From an uncultured Candidatus Saccharibacteria bacterium (GTDB taxonomy: Bacteria; Patescibacteriota; Minisyncoccia; Phycocordibacterales; UBA2100): DNA of 64,000 nt. Made by a program: the position numbers and the translations under genes. Within the stretch, counting starts at the first letter, position 1, and each line of letters starts with the position of its first letter. The DNA is taken from the NCBI GenBank assembly GCA_964434285.1, contig CAYSUJ010000001.1, positions 168,703 through 232,702 on the forward strand, read 5' to 3'. The notes below the pieces were generated by a model, which saw only the letters and a program-made list of their open reading frames with translations, did not search any database and was not told the origin of the DNA. Of this stretch, positions 45,879 to 55,906 are shown piece after piece.

Positions 45879-46469
45879 GTTACTGTGGACCTGAAGCATG
45901 TACTGCACCAGCGTCGGATCATCAGCATCAAAGGTCAGATTGAAGCCTGCCGTGTCGAAGATCTTTCGCATAGGGCGATTGTTCCGCAGTGTCACCGCTT
46001 CAAGACGTTGCACTGTCGGCGTTGCTCTCGCCCACCTCAAAAGCTCAGACATCAAGAGCGTACCGACGCCGCGATGCTTTACCTTTGCGGAAAACGAAAC
46101 TTCAAAGGTACCTGTGCCTCGATAGCGCTCAAGACGCTCCATCGCTCGACACACACCCTGCAGCGAGCCATCTCTTGCAACAAGCACGATAATCCGGGCA
46201 TTTTCATTGTTGATCGCATCCTTATAGAACTCGATCGCACGCTGCCGGCTTACGCTCTTCCTCTTCATCCGCGATAGATATCGCAGATACAACTCTTCCT
46301 CCGAAAATCCATCGAAGTAAGATACGAGAAGATTCGCATCCCCGGGTCGTGCAAAACGAATAGTTGCTCGCGTCTGATCACTGAGCACTACTTCTTTATG
46401 CCAGTCCTTCGGGTACTCCATCGACGCATGTGGTGTATGAATCAGTTCTTGGCTCATGACATCCCTCAT
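45876..46469 (-). CDS. GNAT-family N-acetyltransferase
   Basis: Acetyl-CoA-binding motif ...RHRGVGTLLMSELLRWA... Confidence 0.7.
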   Translation of the reverse strand: MRDVMSQELIHTPHASMEYPKDWHKEVVLSDQTRATIRFARPGDANLLVSYFDGFSEEELYLRYLSRMKRKSVSRQRAIEFYKDAINNENARIIVLVARDGSLQGVCRAMERLERYRGTGTFEVSFSAKVKHRGVGTLLMSELLRWARATPTVQRLEAVTLRNNRPMRKIFDTAGFNLTFDADDPTLVQYMLQVHSN

Positions 46470-46630
46470 TCATAGTCATTACTGACTTTATTACTATACG
46501 CTGAAGTGGTCATAGAGGCAAGAACATTTGCTCGCTCAATACGAGGGGACGACTCAAGTGTCGCGTCGCCCAACATGACTTCAACAATGTGCCTTACGTC
46601 GTACACCGCCGCATAAGAATTCAATAGTTT

Positions 46631-48511
46631 ATGAAATACACAGTATATACTCATCATATGCATTCAGATGTGCGGATTCTTCTTTTTACGATCGCTCTCT
46701 TTATGATAATCGCTTCTCTCGGCAGCGCATCACGAAAAACAGAAGACGCGTCGCTCTTGAACGCGCGCTTTCACAATGCGTCGCTCCCGCCACAGGAGCG
46801 TGCACTCGATCTGCTTTCACACATGACACTCGACGAGAAAATCGGGCAGATGGCGCTCGTCGAGAAAAATAGTGTCCCGCATGTGGAAGTCGTCTCACGG
46901 TTCGGGTTAGGGGCGCTCCTCTCAGGCGGGGGCGGCAAGCCCTCAGAGAATACCCCTCTCGGCTGGCGCACCATGATTACTGCGTTTCAAGACGCGTCGC
47001 GTCGTTCACGGACGGGCATTCCCATTCTCTACGGAATCGATGCGAACCATGGACATGGCAATGTGCCCGGCGCAACCATATTTCCTCACGCGATCGGACT
47101 CGGTGCTGCGGGAGATGAAGAACTCGCGGAAAAGATCGCACACGCAACAGGAGAAGAGGTGCGCGCAACGGGGGCTGATTGGATCTTTTCGCCCTCGCTC
47201 GATCTGCCGACAGACATTCGGTGGGGGCGTGTCTATGAGGCGTTTTCCGAACATGCCACAATTGCAGGACCGCTTGGTGCGGCGCAGGTACGCGGATTCC
47301 ACAGCGCGGGTGCGCTCGCGACACCGAAGCACTACCTGGGCGCGGGCAGCATGATCTGGGGATCATCCTCAAACCCTCGCTTTCTAATTGATCAGGGAGT
47401 GACGCCGCGCGATGAGCTTGCTCTTCGCACTGCATATCTGCCGCCATTTGAGGACGCGATTGCGAGCGGTGCAAAAAGCATTATGGTCGGACTCAACGCT
47501 TGGGGCGACGAAAAAATGTCAGCGAACAGATACCTCGTCACCGACCTCCTCAAGGGTGAGCTCGCGTTTGACGGTTTCGTCGTTTCCGATTGGTATGGTG
47601 TGTATGAAATTTCGGAAAGTAAGTACGACTCGGCTGTTGCCGCGATAAACGCAGGCATCGATATGGTGATGTTGCCCTATGAATATGAACAGTTTATCCG
47701 CGATGTTCGTAATGCCGTCTTGAGTGGAGCGATTCCGGAAGAAAGAATCGACGACGCGGTCCTCCGAATTCTTCGCGTCAAATTTGAACGCGGCCTTTTT
47801 GAGACCCGAACGCTGCCAGGGCTTGAGACGATCGGATCCCGAGAACATCGCGCTCTTGCCCGCGACGCTGTCGCACGCTCGGCTGTTATTCTCAAGAACG
47901 ATGCGGTGCTCCCAATCGACGACAGCACGCGTACCATTCGCGTCGCGGGCTCTGCGGCAGACAACGTGGGGCTGCAGTCGGGTGCGTGGACGGTCGAGTG
48001 GCAGGGTATCGACGGGAATTGGCTTCCCGGCGCAACCTCCATTCTCAGTGGCATACGCGCGTCTGTAGGGGCACGCGAGGTGCAGTATTCAGCAGACGGC
48101 GTTTTTGATGGTGATGAGCGCGCAGATGTCGGGATCGCGATAGTGGGAGAGCGACCCTATGCTGAGGGCTGGGGCGACACTGCACACCCGCAGATATCTG
48201 ATGATGATCTGAGTGCCATCACTCGCCTGAAGGAATCAACAGACAAGCTCCTCGTCATCATTGTCTCGGGTCGCCCCCTCATCATTACCGATGAGTTGGC
48301 AGAGTGGGATGCGCTCATCGCCGCATGGCTTCCCGGGTCAGAAGGCGCGGGGATCGCCGACGTGCTCTTCAGCGCAACGACCACGGGCAAACTCCCACTT
48401 ACCTGGCCACGCACGATCGATCAACTCCCACTGACTCACGAGGGTGCCTCGAGTGATTCCTCTTTCCCACTCTTTCCTCGTGGCTTTGGATTGCAACTCG
48501 TCGCTCCCTGA
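46631..48511 (+). CDS. glycoside hydrolase family 3 (beta-glucosidase / beta-hexosaminidase type), secreted
   Basis: N-terminal signal/TM; KHYLGAG (KHFPGHG-like); catalytic nucleophile in GFVVSDW; C-terminal alpha/beta sandwich domain. Confidence 0.85.
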   Translation: MKYTVYTHHMHSDVRILLFTIALFMIIASLGSASRKTEDASLLNARFHNASLPPQERALDLLSHMTLDEKIGQMALVEKNSVPHVEVVSRFGLGALLSGGGGKPSENTPLGWRTMITAFQDASRRSRTGIPILYGIDANHGHGNVPGATIFPHAIGLGAAGDEELAEKIAHATGEEVRATGADWIFSPSLDLPTDIRWGRVYEAFSEHATIAGPLGAAQVRGFHSAGALATPKHYLGAGSMIWGSSSNPRFLIDQGVTPRDELALRTAYLPPFEDAIASGAKSIMVGLNAWGDEKMSANRYLVTDLLKGELAFDGFVVSDWYGVYEISESKYDSAVAAINAGIDMVMLPYEYEQFIRDVRNAVLSGAIPEERIDDAVLRILRVKFERGLFETRTLPGLETIGSREHRALARDAVARSAVILKNDAVLPIDDSTRTIRVAGSAADNVGLQSGAWTVEWQGIDGNWLPGATSILSGIRASVGAREVQYSADGVFDGDERADVGIAIVGERPYAEGWGDTAHPQISDDDLSAITRLKESTDKLLVIIVSGRPLIITDELAEWDALIAAWLPGSEGAGIADVLFSATTTGKLPLTWPRTIDQLPLTHEGASSDSSFPLFPRGFGLQLVAP

Positions 48512-48668
48512 AGTGCGTTTCTACTTCATTTCCGCCACGCGCATGCCGTTCAACGCCTGCGACTCTACAGGAAGTCCAAAAGATAGAGGATGATCAGTAC
48601 CCCGATCGGAACTCCGAGAAGCCATAATATAAATCCCATACGTACACTCTACTCTTTTGCACGTGACA

Positions 48669-48887
48669 TTACCGTGAAGCGCGGGAGTTTCTTTTCGGCT
48701 TTGGAGGAACGCGAGCACCGCTTTCTCGCGCCTCGTTAATGCCGATCGCAATCGCCTGCTTTCTGCTCGTTACTTTTTTATTGCTTCGACCTGAGCGCAG
48801 TGTCCCTTTTTTGAATTCACGCATCGTCTTGCGCATTTTTTTTCGAGCCTTCGGACCGTATTTCTTTCCCTTATGTTTCTTCGCCAT
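48669..48887 (-). CDS. small highly basic hypothetical protein (MAKKHKGKKYGPKARKK...)
   Basis: 72-aa Lys/Arg-rich ORF at the start of a cluster of stress-protein genes. Confidence 0.35.
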   Translation of the reverse strand: MAKKHKGKKYGPKARKKMRKTMREFKKGTLRSGRSNKKVTSRKQAIAIGINEARESGARVPPKPKRNSRASR

Positions 48888-48890
48888 AGT

Positions 48891-49280
48891 TCAGCTATTC
48901 CTACGCGTCTCATCATCCACCTCTCGCCGCGCCGCTTCAATACTGTCCTCGGCTCGGGCACGAATGTGCCGATACTCCGCCTTCATGCGGTGAGCAAGTC
49001 TTCTCAGCTGTGCTTTTGTGAGATCTTTTGCGATTCCGTAATCTTCCACAACTTCGTCGGCAACTCGTTCATATGTCTCGCGAGAATATTCTCCGAGGTC
49101 TGCGAGTTGAGAGCGTAGTGTGGCCGTGACGTCATCAACGTATTCTTCAATGTCATCTCGACGGATTCGCCCGCCAGGGCCGTACAGTACGTATCCAATG
49201 ACGGCGCTCGCTAAAGCGGCGCCCGCCATAAACGGCCACAGATAATTATTTCTATACCTGTCATTATAATTATGGTTCAT
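48891..49280 (-). CDS. YtxH-like membrane-anchored stress protein
   Basis: N-terminal TM plus a charged helical domain with a YtxH/DUF948-like layout. Confidence 0.45.
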   Translation of the reverse strand: MNHNYNDRYRNNYLWPFMAGAALASAVIGYVLYGPGGRIRRDDIEEYVDDVTATLRSQLADLGEYSRETYERVADEVVEDYGIAKDLTKAQLRRLAHRMKAEYRHIRARAEDSIEAARREVDDETRRNS

Positions 49281-49301
49281 AGATTGTTTGTTATTGATAA
49301 T

Positions 49302-49577
49302 TTATAAAGGGCTCTGAGACGGGTTTCTTGCGCCATGATCGAGCGTTCGTCTCGCAAAAATTTCCGCGCTCCGGACGATGACGCGAAGGCGGCGCACTAA
49401 TGAATCTCGCGCAAAGGTAACGCGTTCGGCTTCCCGCTGTGCCGTACGCAGCAGTGCTCGCAGCTCTGTAACGGCACTCACGACGTAATACACAACAACA
49501 ATACACGCGAGCGTGAGAACGACCGCGCAGACGCTTGCGATAAGGGCAAAAATCTCAAGAGCTGATCCTTCAACCAT
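49302..49577 (-). CDS. DUF948-like small membrane protein
   Basis: Single TM followed by an amphipathic helix. Confidence 0.4.
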   Translation of the reverse strand: MVEGSALEIFALIASVCAVVLTLACIVVVYYVVSAVTELRALLRTAQREAERVTFARDSLVRRLRVIVRSAEIFARRTLDHGARNPSQSPL

Positions 49578-49670
49578 GCCTCTTTATTGCACACAGCGCT
49601 TGAAGATATGATGAATCCGGATTGAGCAACAGCGCCACAGGGAGGTTGCGTATGCGAGCGGCGAAAGCAA

Positions 49671-49931
49671 CTACGCAAAAAGCAGGTTGACGAGGAAAAG
49701 TAATACGACCGCGCCTATGACGGCCCATATGAAGCTCATGATGCCCGAAGGCCGGTCAACGCCTGGCGTTTGGCTGAATCCGAACATATCAGCAAGCCAT
49801 CCACCGACGAAGGCGCCCGCAATACCGACAACAATGTTCCCAATAACACCAAGAGAGGCAGCATTTCCCACAATAAGGCTTGCGATCCATCCTGCTAAAC
49901 CTCCAAAAAGTATCCATATCACGATGTTCAT
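49671..49931 (-). CDS. GlsB/YeaQ/YmgE-family stress-response membrane protein (transglycosylase-associated protein)
   Basis: FGGLAGWIASLIVG...GIAGAFVGGWL, the signature of this family. Confidence 0.8.
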   Translation of the reverse strand: MNIVIWILFGGLAGWIASLIVGNAASLGVIGNIVVGIAGAFVGGWLADMFGFSQTPGVDRPSGIMSFIWAVIGAVVLLFLVNLLFA

Positions 49932-50129
49932 ATGTGTATGCGCCTGAGGCGTTTTACGATGCTAATACAATAAGGATGACAGAGCATGGTGAAAGACACA
50001 TGAATTTTCACCCGCAGGTCCCACAACGTCGCCTCAATCGTCTGCGAATAACGACTCGCACGCATTCACACACACTTCACGCGCCTCTGTATATGATGAC
50101 GATATGTTACAAGCATAGTCACAATATCT

Positions 50130-50666
50130 ATGAAGCAATACACCATTGGAATGTTTAAACGGCGCTCAGACGCAGAAGCCGCGGTAAGTGCGGTCCATCA
50201 AAAACTCGGCGTTGATAAGGATGAAATATCATATGTATATCGCTCGAGCGATGGCACGATGATGGAAATGGACGCCGAAGAAATCTCAGGAAAGACCGCT
50301 GGTGAGAGAGCCGTTCAAGGAGCCACCATTGGTGGAGGAGTAGGAGCCTTGGCGGGAGTCGCTGCAGCTGCAGGTATTATCCCGGTCGTTGGACCCATCG
50401 TGGCTGCGGGTTCTCTCGGTACCGCTCTTGGCGTTGGCACAAGTGCGCTCGGGACGACGGTCGCAGGTGCAGCAACTGGAGCAGCGGCAGGGGGCATAAT
50501 CGGCGCACTTTCAACCATGGGTGTTAGCGAACCATCGACCAAGCGTTACGAAGACATGGTTGCGGAAGGCAATATTATGGTTGGTGTCCACGCAGACTCC
50601 TCGACGCATGTCGCAGCGACTCTCGAAGATGCCGGTGCGGTCGAGGTGAGTAGTTTCAGACCGTAA
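50130..50666 (+). CDS. general stress protein with a YflT-like N-terminal domain and a Gly/Ala-rich membrane-like centre
   Basis: MK.YTIGMFKRRSDAEAAVSAVHQ...EISYVY N-terminus; GxxxG-rich middle. Confidence 0.5.
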   Translation: MKQYTIGMFKRRSDAEAAVSAVHQKLGVDKDEISYVYRSSDGTMMEMDAEEISGKTAGERAVQGATIGGGVGALAGVAAAAGIIPVVGPIVAAGSLGTALGVGTSALGTTVAGAATGAAAGGIIGALSTMGVSEPSTKRYEDMVAEGNIMVGVHADSSTHVAATLEDAGAVEVSSFRP

Positions 50667-50731
50667 CCGGGTCCGTCTTTGTAGACTTTATGAGGAATGC
50701 CCACGATGTATTGAGGGGTTAGGAAGCACTC

Positions 50732-52609
50732 CTAAAATTCTCGCCACGTCGGAAGTATGTCGACTGCTGCGTTACGTGTTCGCGTTCCACCAGCTGTCTC
50801 ACATGTAAGTGTGTAGACTGTCCGCGCTTGAATTGGTGCAGACGTCTCACCACCGACGGGAGAATGTATGCCGGTCCAGGAATCTCCATTGGGCGCTGTA
50901 ACAGTGCAGCTCTCGACGTTTTCCGCTGACCAATTAACTTGAGTAGTTGCACCCCGCGAGACAAGCGACGGAATCGTTCGTATTTGCAAATCAATTGAAC
51001 CATTCCCATCACCCGTACCGTCACCATCCGGATCCCCATTGATAGGACCATCAAGTACACTAATCGTCTCATCATCTGCATCTCCGCCACATACGAAAGA
51101 GAAGGATGTATATGCAGATGTAAATCCATCTTCATCTTGAGCAAACACCCGCACTGTGTGCGAACCACTTTCAGAGAAAACACGAGTTGCAGACTGTTCA
51201 ATACCGGATTCAACATACCCACTGCCTGGCACATATACATCTATGCTACCATCCGCATCCCAATCAACGCCGTATCGTATTTGATCACCCTCCGGATCTG
51301 TCGCGTTCATACGAATCGTATATGGTTCACCGACGACACACCGACCCGCACCAGCCGCGTTAACCGTCGGAGAACCGGGCGGATTGCCTTCTGCTTCCGT
51401 TACGTTGATTGTGTACGGAACAGTTTGACGGGGGACAGTTACTGTCGATATCCCGCTGGAACCGCCGCTAGTATTTACATAGAATGTTGCAGGTGTGATT
51501 GCAAAATTCCCAATCGTCTGAGCTGGAACATGAATACTCGATCCCATGACGTTAATTTGCAATGACCCTCCAGGAAACGCCACACCTTGCCCATCGCTGT
51601 CACCTGCCGTTGAAACGACACTGCTCACCCACGACCAGAATCCGCCGCCAAGGCCTCCAGCATACGACGCCCCCGACTCTGCTATTTGAGCAGGTATTGT
51701 TAGACTCTCAATCTCTTCACCAAGCGTCTGAGCAGGTATATCCAGTGTGTAGGTTGATCCTTCATATGTAACACCAATCGACTGCGCGGGAATCGAAAAA
51801 GAAACAACGTTACTTGCCCCCTGTGCAGCACCGCGCGTCGTCAAGTTGCCATAGCCACATACGTTGTCATGCGTCATGATGGTGTAGAAATGACCTTGGG
51901 TGGAATCGAAAGAAAATATTGGGTTAAAGGCGCCAACATGGTCAAGCGTACAGTCATAGCCACCGCCGTTTAGATTGCCGATCTGTGCTGTTGCGGGACT
52001 GCCTCCAGTCGCCGCAACGGGAGTACAATTCCACCCCGTGCCGACGTCTACATTTTTCACAGGAGCGTTAATTGAGAGTGAACCGTAGTTTACGCTACTG
52101 TCTCCATTGATAGAAAAAATTCTATTTTTTTCAGTACAGACAGACTCTAGTGATGCCCCTACCTCTGAGGGGACCTTATCGACAGTAGCGCCGGTACCCA
52201 ACTTCTGCGACGTTATCCAGTCGCCATACGGGGACGAAGCAAATGACCCTGTTGCAAACCAATAGATGTCGCGTGATTCATGTGGCATAAATCGGAGACG
52301 CACCTGCGTGCCCTGCGGGACCGTTGCCCCTGAGGGAATAACGACTCCTGTCGCTGCATCCACCACCTGGACGCCATACTGCACAGAAATTGAAGGATTG
52401 TTTATATGCAATCTGCCGTAGTGGCAATAATTACACACACTACCAGACAAAACAGTTTGCCATAATTTTGATTGCGTTCCCGTGGGAACCGTCCTCAGCG
52501 TGCCTGTGAAAATATCGGTATACGAGGCTGAGTATGCCCAAACCGCAAGTGGCGCACTTATCAATACCATGATCCCTACAAAAACCTTTGCGATGTTATT
52601 TTTTTTCAT
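50732..52609 (-). CDS. large secreted surface protein with a signal peptide, Gly/Thr/Ser-rich and beta-rich
   Basis: MKKNNIAKVFVGIMVLISAPLAVWA signal; repetitive beta-strand-like composition. Confidence 0.55.
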   Translation of the reverse strand: MKKNNIAKVFVGIMVLISAPLAVWAYSASYTDIFTGTLRTVPTGTQSKLWQTVLSGSVCNYCHYGRLHINNPSISVQYGVQVVDAATGVVIPSGATVPQGTQVRLRFMPHESRDIYWFATGSFASSPYGDWITSQKLGTGATVDKVPSEVGASLESVCTEKNRIFSINGDSSVNYGSLSINAPVKNVDVGTGWNCTPVAATGGSPATAQIGNLNGGGYDCTLDHVGAFNPIFSFDSTQGHFYTIMTHDNVCGYGNLTTRGAAQGASNVVSFSIPAQSIGVTYEGSTYTLDIPAQTLGEEIESLTIPAQIAESGASYAGGLGGGFWSWVSSVVSTAGDSDGQGVAFPGGSLQINVMGSSIHVPAQTIGNFAITPATFYVNTSGGSSGISTVTVPRQTVPYTINVTEAEGNPPGSPTVNAAGAGRCVVGEPYTIRMNATDPEGDQIRYGVDWDADGSIDVYVPGSGYVESGIEQSATRVFSESGSHTVRVFAQDEDGFTSAYTSFSFVCGGDADDETISVLDGPINGDPDGDGTGDGNGSIDLQIRTIPSLVSRGATTQVNWSAENVESCTVTAPNGDSWTGIHSPVGGETSAPIQARTVYTLTCETAGGTRTRNAAVDILPTWREF

Positions 52610-52626
52610 AGAATGATTAAAAGTTA

Positions 52627-54057
52627 TTAGTAGGATGGTGCTGGCGGTACAGTGCCTTCGCGTCGTGAGAGTACACGTCGTGCAATTGCACTCACAATGA
52701 TGAGGAGTAGCATTATGCCTCCAAGGCCTATAGCGGTAGATAGACCATTCTGCGATGCACTTGAACCGCTTTGACCAACACAGCTTTGAGGGTCGATGTT
52801 TTTGCAGTCGTATTCATACCGAGAGTCATCGACTAGTTTGCCATCTTTAAACAGACGAGTGTCAAGCGTGAAGCGATCGTAACTCCTCTTTGGAGTGAAC
52901 GAGTCAGCAACCGCCATCATTGCACTACTTACCGCTCCCTCATATGCGATTTCATGGATAAGCTGCCCCGATTCATCGGTGAGCACGACTTCTAAGCGGG
53001 TATTCTCTACCACGTCCTTTTCTCCCGCATTATGGAGACATGAAAATAACGTATTCTCCTGTCCCGCTACGAGCGGGAAGAACATGACGCTAGGAAAGTG
53101 AATTCTTGGCTGATTGACACCCGATCTTGCGAATCGCACGCCGATAACTGATTTCGTGTCCTTCCAGATAACCGTCGCTTGCGCTACATATACGGAATAC
53201 TTGGTATCCGTTACGGTTATTGCTATCGGAGCGGATCCATTTGCGGGCACTGTGATGTTTTCCGTTTTCTCCTGCACGATATTCTGCCTCAATAGCGTGT
53301 CCCACTGGTAGACCAACCACGTGACCGTGACCGCTTCTGCTGACGCATGTGGATTTCTGACTACCGCCCGTACCTCGACCGGCTCCGTCGGAGACAAAAC
53401 CGGTGGAAATGCTGCAAAGGCATAAGCATCACCGGCTACAGTAACCGATTCCTTGTCGATTGCGATAGGACCTTTTTCATTCCCCGTTACACCAAAGGAG
53501 ACGGCGTTCCCGATAATGTCATCGGTGAATGAAAGGCCGAGCATGCTAAATTTACGATCTACAGAGAAGAACGTTGCAAGCTCATACTCTCCCGACTCAG
53601 CATATGCAGGTACACTCCAAGTAAACGACACTGGTACTGAGCCATTTGCAGGAATAGTGACCCCATCTAATGCAACATACTGATCCACGACGTTGGGACC
53701 GTATATATCTTTCTGCGTGGTTCGCGTCTTAAATATCTTAACAAAAAGCGTTCCCTCCACTATTGGGTACGGGTTCTTGTTCCGCAAGACGCCGTTGAAC
53801 TGTATGGGAACACCTGAGACAGTGTTTGGAGTTACAACAGCGAGATCTGCCTCCACTGAACCAAACTTATAGTAGTCGAAGCAGGACACGGCACCCGCAG
53901 GAAGCATTGAACCACCGACGATGTCTGGATTATTACTTACGTTATTTAGTTCGTCTGCAATGTTCGTCTGTGCCTCAACGCCTCGAAATGCAAAAAAGAT
54001 AACCCAACACATTACAATAAATAAATAAAACTTCTGACCCTTGGTTACGGTGCTCAT
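52627..54057 (-). CDS. secreted surface protein with a C-terminal TM anchor and a basic tail
   Basis: N-terminal signal; ...GLGGIMLLLIIVSAIARRVLSRREG at the C-terminus. Confidence 0.55.
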   Translation of the reverse strand: MSTVTKGQKFYLFIVMCWVIFFAFRGVEAQTNIADELNNVSNNPDIVGGSMLPAGAVSCFDYYKFGSVEADLAVVTPNTVSGVPIQFNGVLRNKNPYPIVEGTLFVKIFKTRTTQKDIYGPNVVDQYVALDGVTIPANGSVPVSFTWSVPAYAESGEYELATFFSVDRKFSMLGLSFTDDIIGNAVSFGVTGNEKGPIAIDKESVTVAGDAYAFAAFPPVLSPTEPVEVRAVVRNPHASAEAVTVTWLVYQWDTLLRQNIVQEKTENITVPANGSAPIAITVTDTKYSVYVAQATVIWKDTKSVIGVRFARSGVNQPRIHFPSVMFFPLVAGQENTLFSCLHNAGEKDVVENTRLEVVLTDESGQLIHEIAYEGAVSSAMMAVADSFTPKRSYDRFTLDTRLFKDGKLVDDSRYEYDCKNIDPQSCVGQSGSSASQNGLSTAIGLGGIMLLLIIVSAIARRVLSRREGTVPPAPSY

Positions 54058-54198
54058 AGTATAGTGAATCTATTCTAGCAACAGTCAACTCACTGGAGTC
54101 CGTTGATGACCACATACTGTGTATAGCCATCGTCGCTAATTCTGCCCCCCCACTCGCCCATTTTCGACAGTATTACCGCACAGCAAACTATTCAGCGG

Positions 54199-55071
54199 TC
54201 AGGAGATCGCAGCCAATACTAAATTTACGCAACTGCGCAGCTCTTTATGATCCGTGACACAGTTGGAGCAACAGATGACCTTGCGCGAGGGATGGACCGA
54301 ATCATCGCTGTAGAAATCTTCGGTGGAATTTTTGCAGAACGCGCAGCGCGAGATGACTTCACGATTGGGTGTCTCCACGACCGGCGTCACTTGGCGGTTG
54401 TCGAAGACGTAGAGCGTGCCTTTGAAGCGCTTCCCGGGAAACTTCTGCATGTAGGTGTGGATGCCGTCTTTCAATTGATACAGATTCTCGAAGCCTTCTT
54501 TCTGAAGGAGGCAGGTTGCCTTCTCGCAGCGGATGCCGCCGGTGCAGACCGCGACCACCTTCTTCTGCTTTAAATGCGCGATCGAATCGAGCTTTTTCGG
54601 AAGATCGCGGAAGAAGCGTAGCTTCGGATCGATAGTGCGCTCAAACTGCCCTGCTTCTATTTCGAAATCGTTGCGGAGGTCGAGGACGACAAAGTCGTCA
54701 TTGCGCGCATACATTTCTTCGAGCTCCTCTGCCGTCACTTCCGGCGCCGTTTCTTTTGCCACATCAAATTCCCCCGCGCCGAGCGTGACCACTTCTTTCC
54801 GCACCTTTATGCGAAGCTGTGGGAAGGCACTCCCGGTGCCTTCGGACTCCTTGAAGACGAGACCGCGGAAGCGTTCGTCGCTCCAGAGCGCTTGTTTGTA
54901 CGTCTCGATTGCCTCATGGGTCCCCTCGAAGGTGCCGTTTATGCCCTCGCCGGCGATGAGCATGCGGCCTTTCAGTCCGAAACGCTTACAAAGCGCAATC
55001 TGCTCGTCCCGAAACGCCGCCGGGTCGTCGATTTTCACAAACTTATAGAAGAGGATTATGGTGTATTTCAC
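54199..55071 (-). CDS. trhO: rhodanese-domain protein, tRNA uridine(34) hydroxylase TrhO (YceA/UPF0176 family)
   Basis: MKYTIILFYKF...GINGT... N-terminal domain plus a rhodanese Cys loop (CTGGIRCEK) and a C-terminal Cys cluster. Confidence 0.8.
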   Translation of the reverse strand: MKYTIILFYKFVKIDDPAAFRDEQIALCKRFGLKGRMLIAGEGINGTFEGTHEAIETYKQALWSDERFRGLVFKESEGTGSAFPQLRIKVRKEVVTLGAGEFDVAKETAPEVTAEELEEMYARNDDFVVLDLRNDFEIEAGQFERTIDPKLRFFRDLPKKLDSIAHLKQKKVVAVCTGGIRCEKATCLLQKEGFENLYQLKDGIHTYMQKFPGKRFKGTLYVFDNRQVTPVVETPNREVISRCAFCKNSTEDFYSDDSVHPSRKVICCSNCVTDHKELRSCVNLVLAAIS

Positions 55072-55257
55072 CTATCTAAACTACCGCGAAATGGGCTCTT
55101 CGGAAAGCCTAGCGCACCATCCCGACGATGCCTTGCGCGAAGGAGAGCATGAGGCTCAGGATCGAGATGAAGAACGTCACGATGAGCGTGAAGAACTGCA
55201 GGAGGAAATCGAGGATGTATGTCAAGAATTCCATTGCGTAAGTGTACCAAAATTTGC

Positions 55258-55479
55258 TTACCGATGCGGGCAGCCGGCCCAGCAGCAGGGGCGGCGCATG
55301 CCGCCGGAGAGTTTGGACATCGCTTTTTTGATGCGAATGTCGCGCGTTTCTGCCTTCTTGCCGGAAGTGGCCCAACAAATCCACTCGTTCTTAGCGAGGG
55401 GTGTTGTGGAGTCCCAGGTGGCTTTTGCTCGCGGCGATTTTAAGAGCGCCGCGTTCAAGTCCTTGGGCAAAGTGTGCAT
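55258..55479 (-). CDS. YdeI/OmpD-associated (bacteriocin-protection) family-like small protein, ending ...RRPCCWAGCPHR
   Basis: C-terminal CCWAGC-HR motif recalled for this family; a 4-nt gap to the REC gene. Confidence 0.4.
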   Translation of the reverse strand: MHTLPKDLNAALLKSPRAKATWDSTTPLAKNEWICWATSGKKAETRDIRIKKAMSKLSGGMRRPCCWAGCPHR

Positions 55480-55482
55480 ACG

Positions 55483-55893
55483 CTACGAAGTCGACGCAAT
55501 GCCGAGCTGCTCTTTTACGATCCGCGCGAGTTCTTCAAGACTCACCTCGCTCTTCATCAAGTAGCGCTGAGGAGCGATAGCCTCGATATCAGCAGCCGCA
55601 GATTCATCTTCGGGCGCAATATTGGTGAAAAAAATTACGCGTACGCGCTGTCCCCATTCCCCGCTCTTCCGCAACGTCTTCAGCATCTCGTAGCCCGTCA
55701 TGTTTGGCATGCGGTTGTCAAGAATGATGAGATCGGGGTGTGTTTCGAGCGCCGTCGCAAGGCCTTTTGCGCCATCGGCAGATTGCGTGACGGTAAAACC
55801 TTCTTGCGTGAGTTTCTCGGCGCTCAACGTGCGCAGAGTTTCGTCGTCTTCAATGATGAGGACTGAGTATTTCATTTCAAGCGGTGCGCCCAT
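55483..55893 (-). CDS. stand-alone response-regulator receiver (REC) domain protein
   Basis: IEDD acidic pocket, phospho-acceptor D in LIILDNRMP, and the T/K positions. Confidence 0.8.
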   Translation of the reverse strand: MGAPLEMKYSVLIIEDDETLRTLSAEKLTQEGFTVTQSADGAKGLATALETHPDLIILDNRMPNMTGYEMLKTLRKSGEWGQRVRVIFFTNIAPEDESAAADIEAIAPQRYLMKSEVSLEELARIVKEQLGIASTS

Positions 55894-55906
55894 GTGTCGC
55901 AGTATA

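Noticed and set aside
54533-55048. 171-aa + ORF
   Set aside because: Antisense to trhO; Ser/Arg-rich shadow translation.
55058-55564. 168-aa + ORF and the 55700..56599 + ORF
   Set aside because: Antisense to the YdeI-like/REC genes and to the membrane protein gene respectively.
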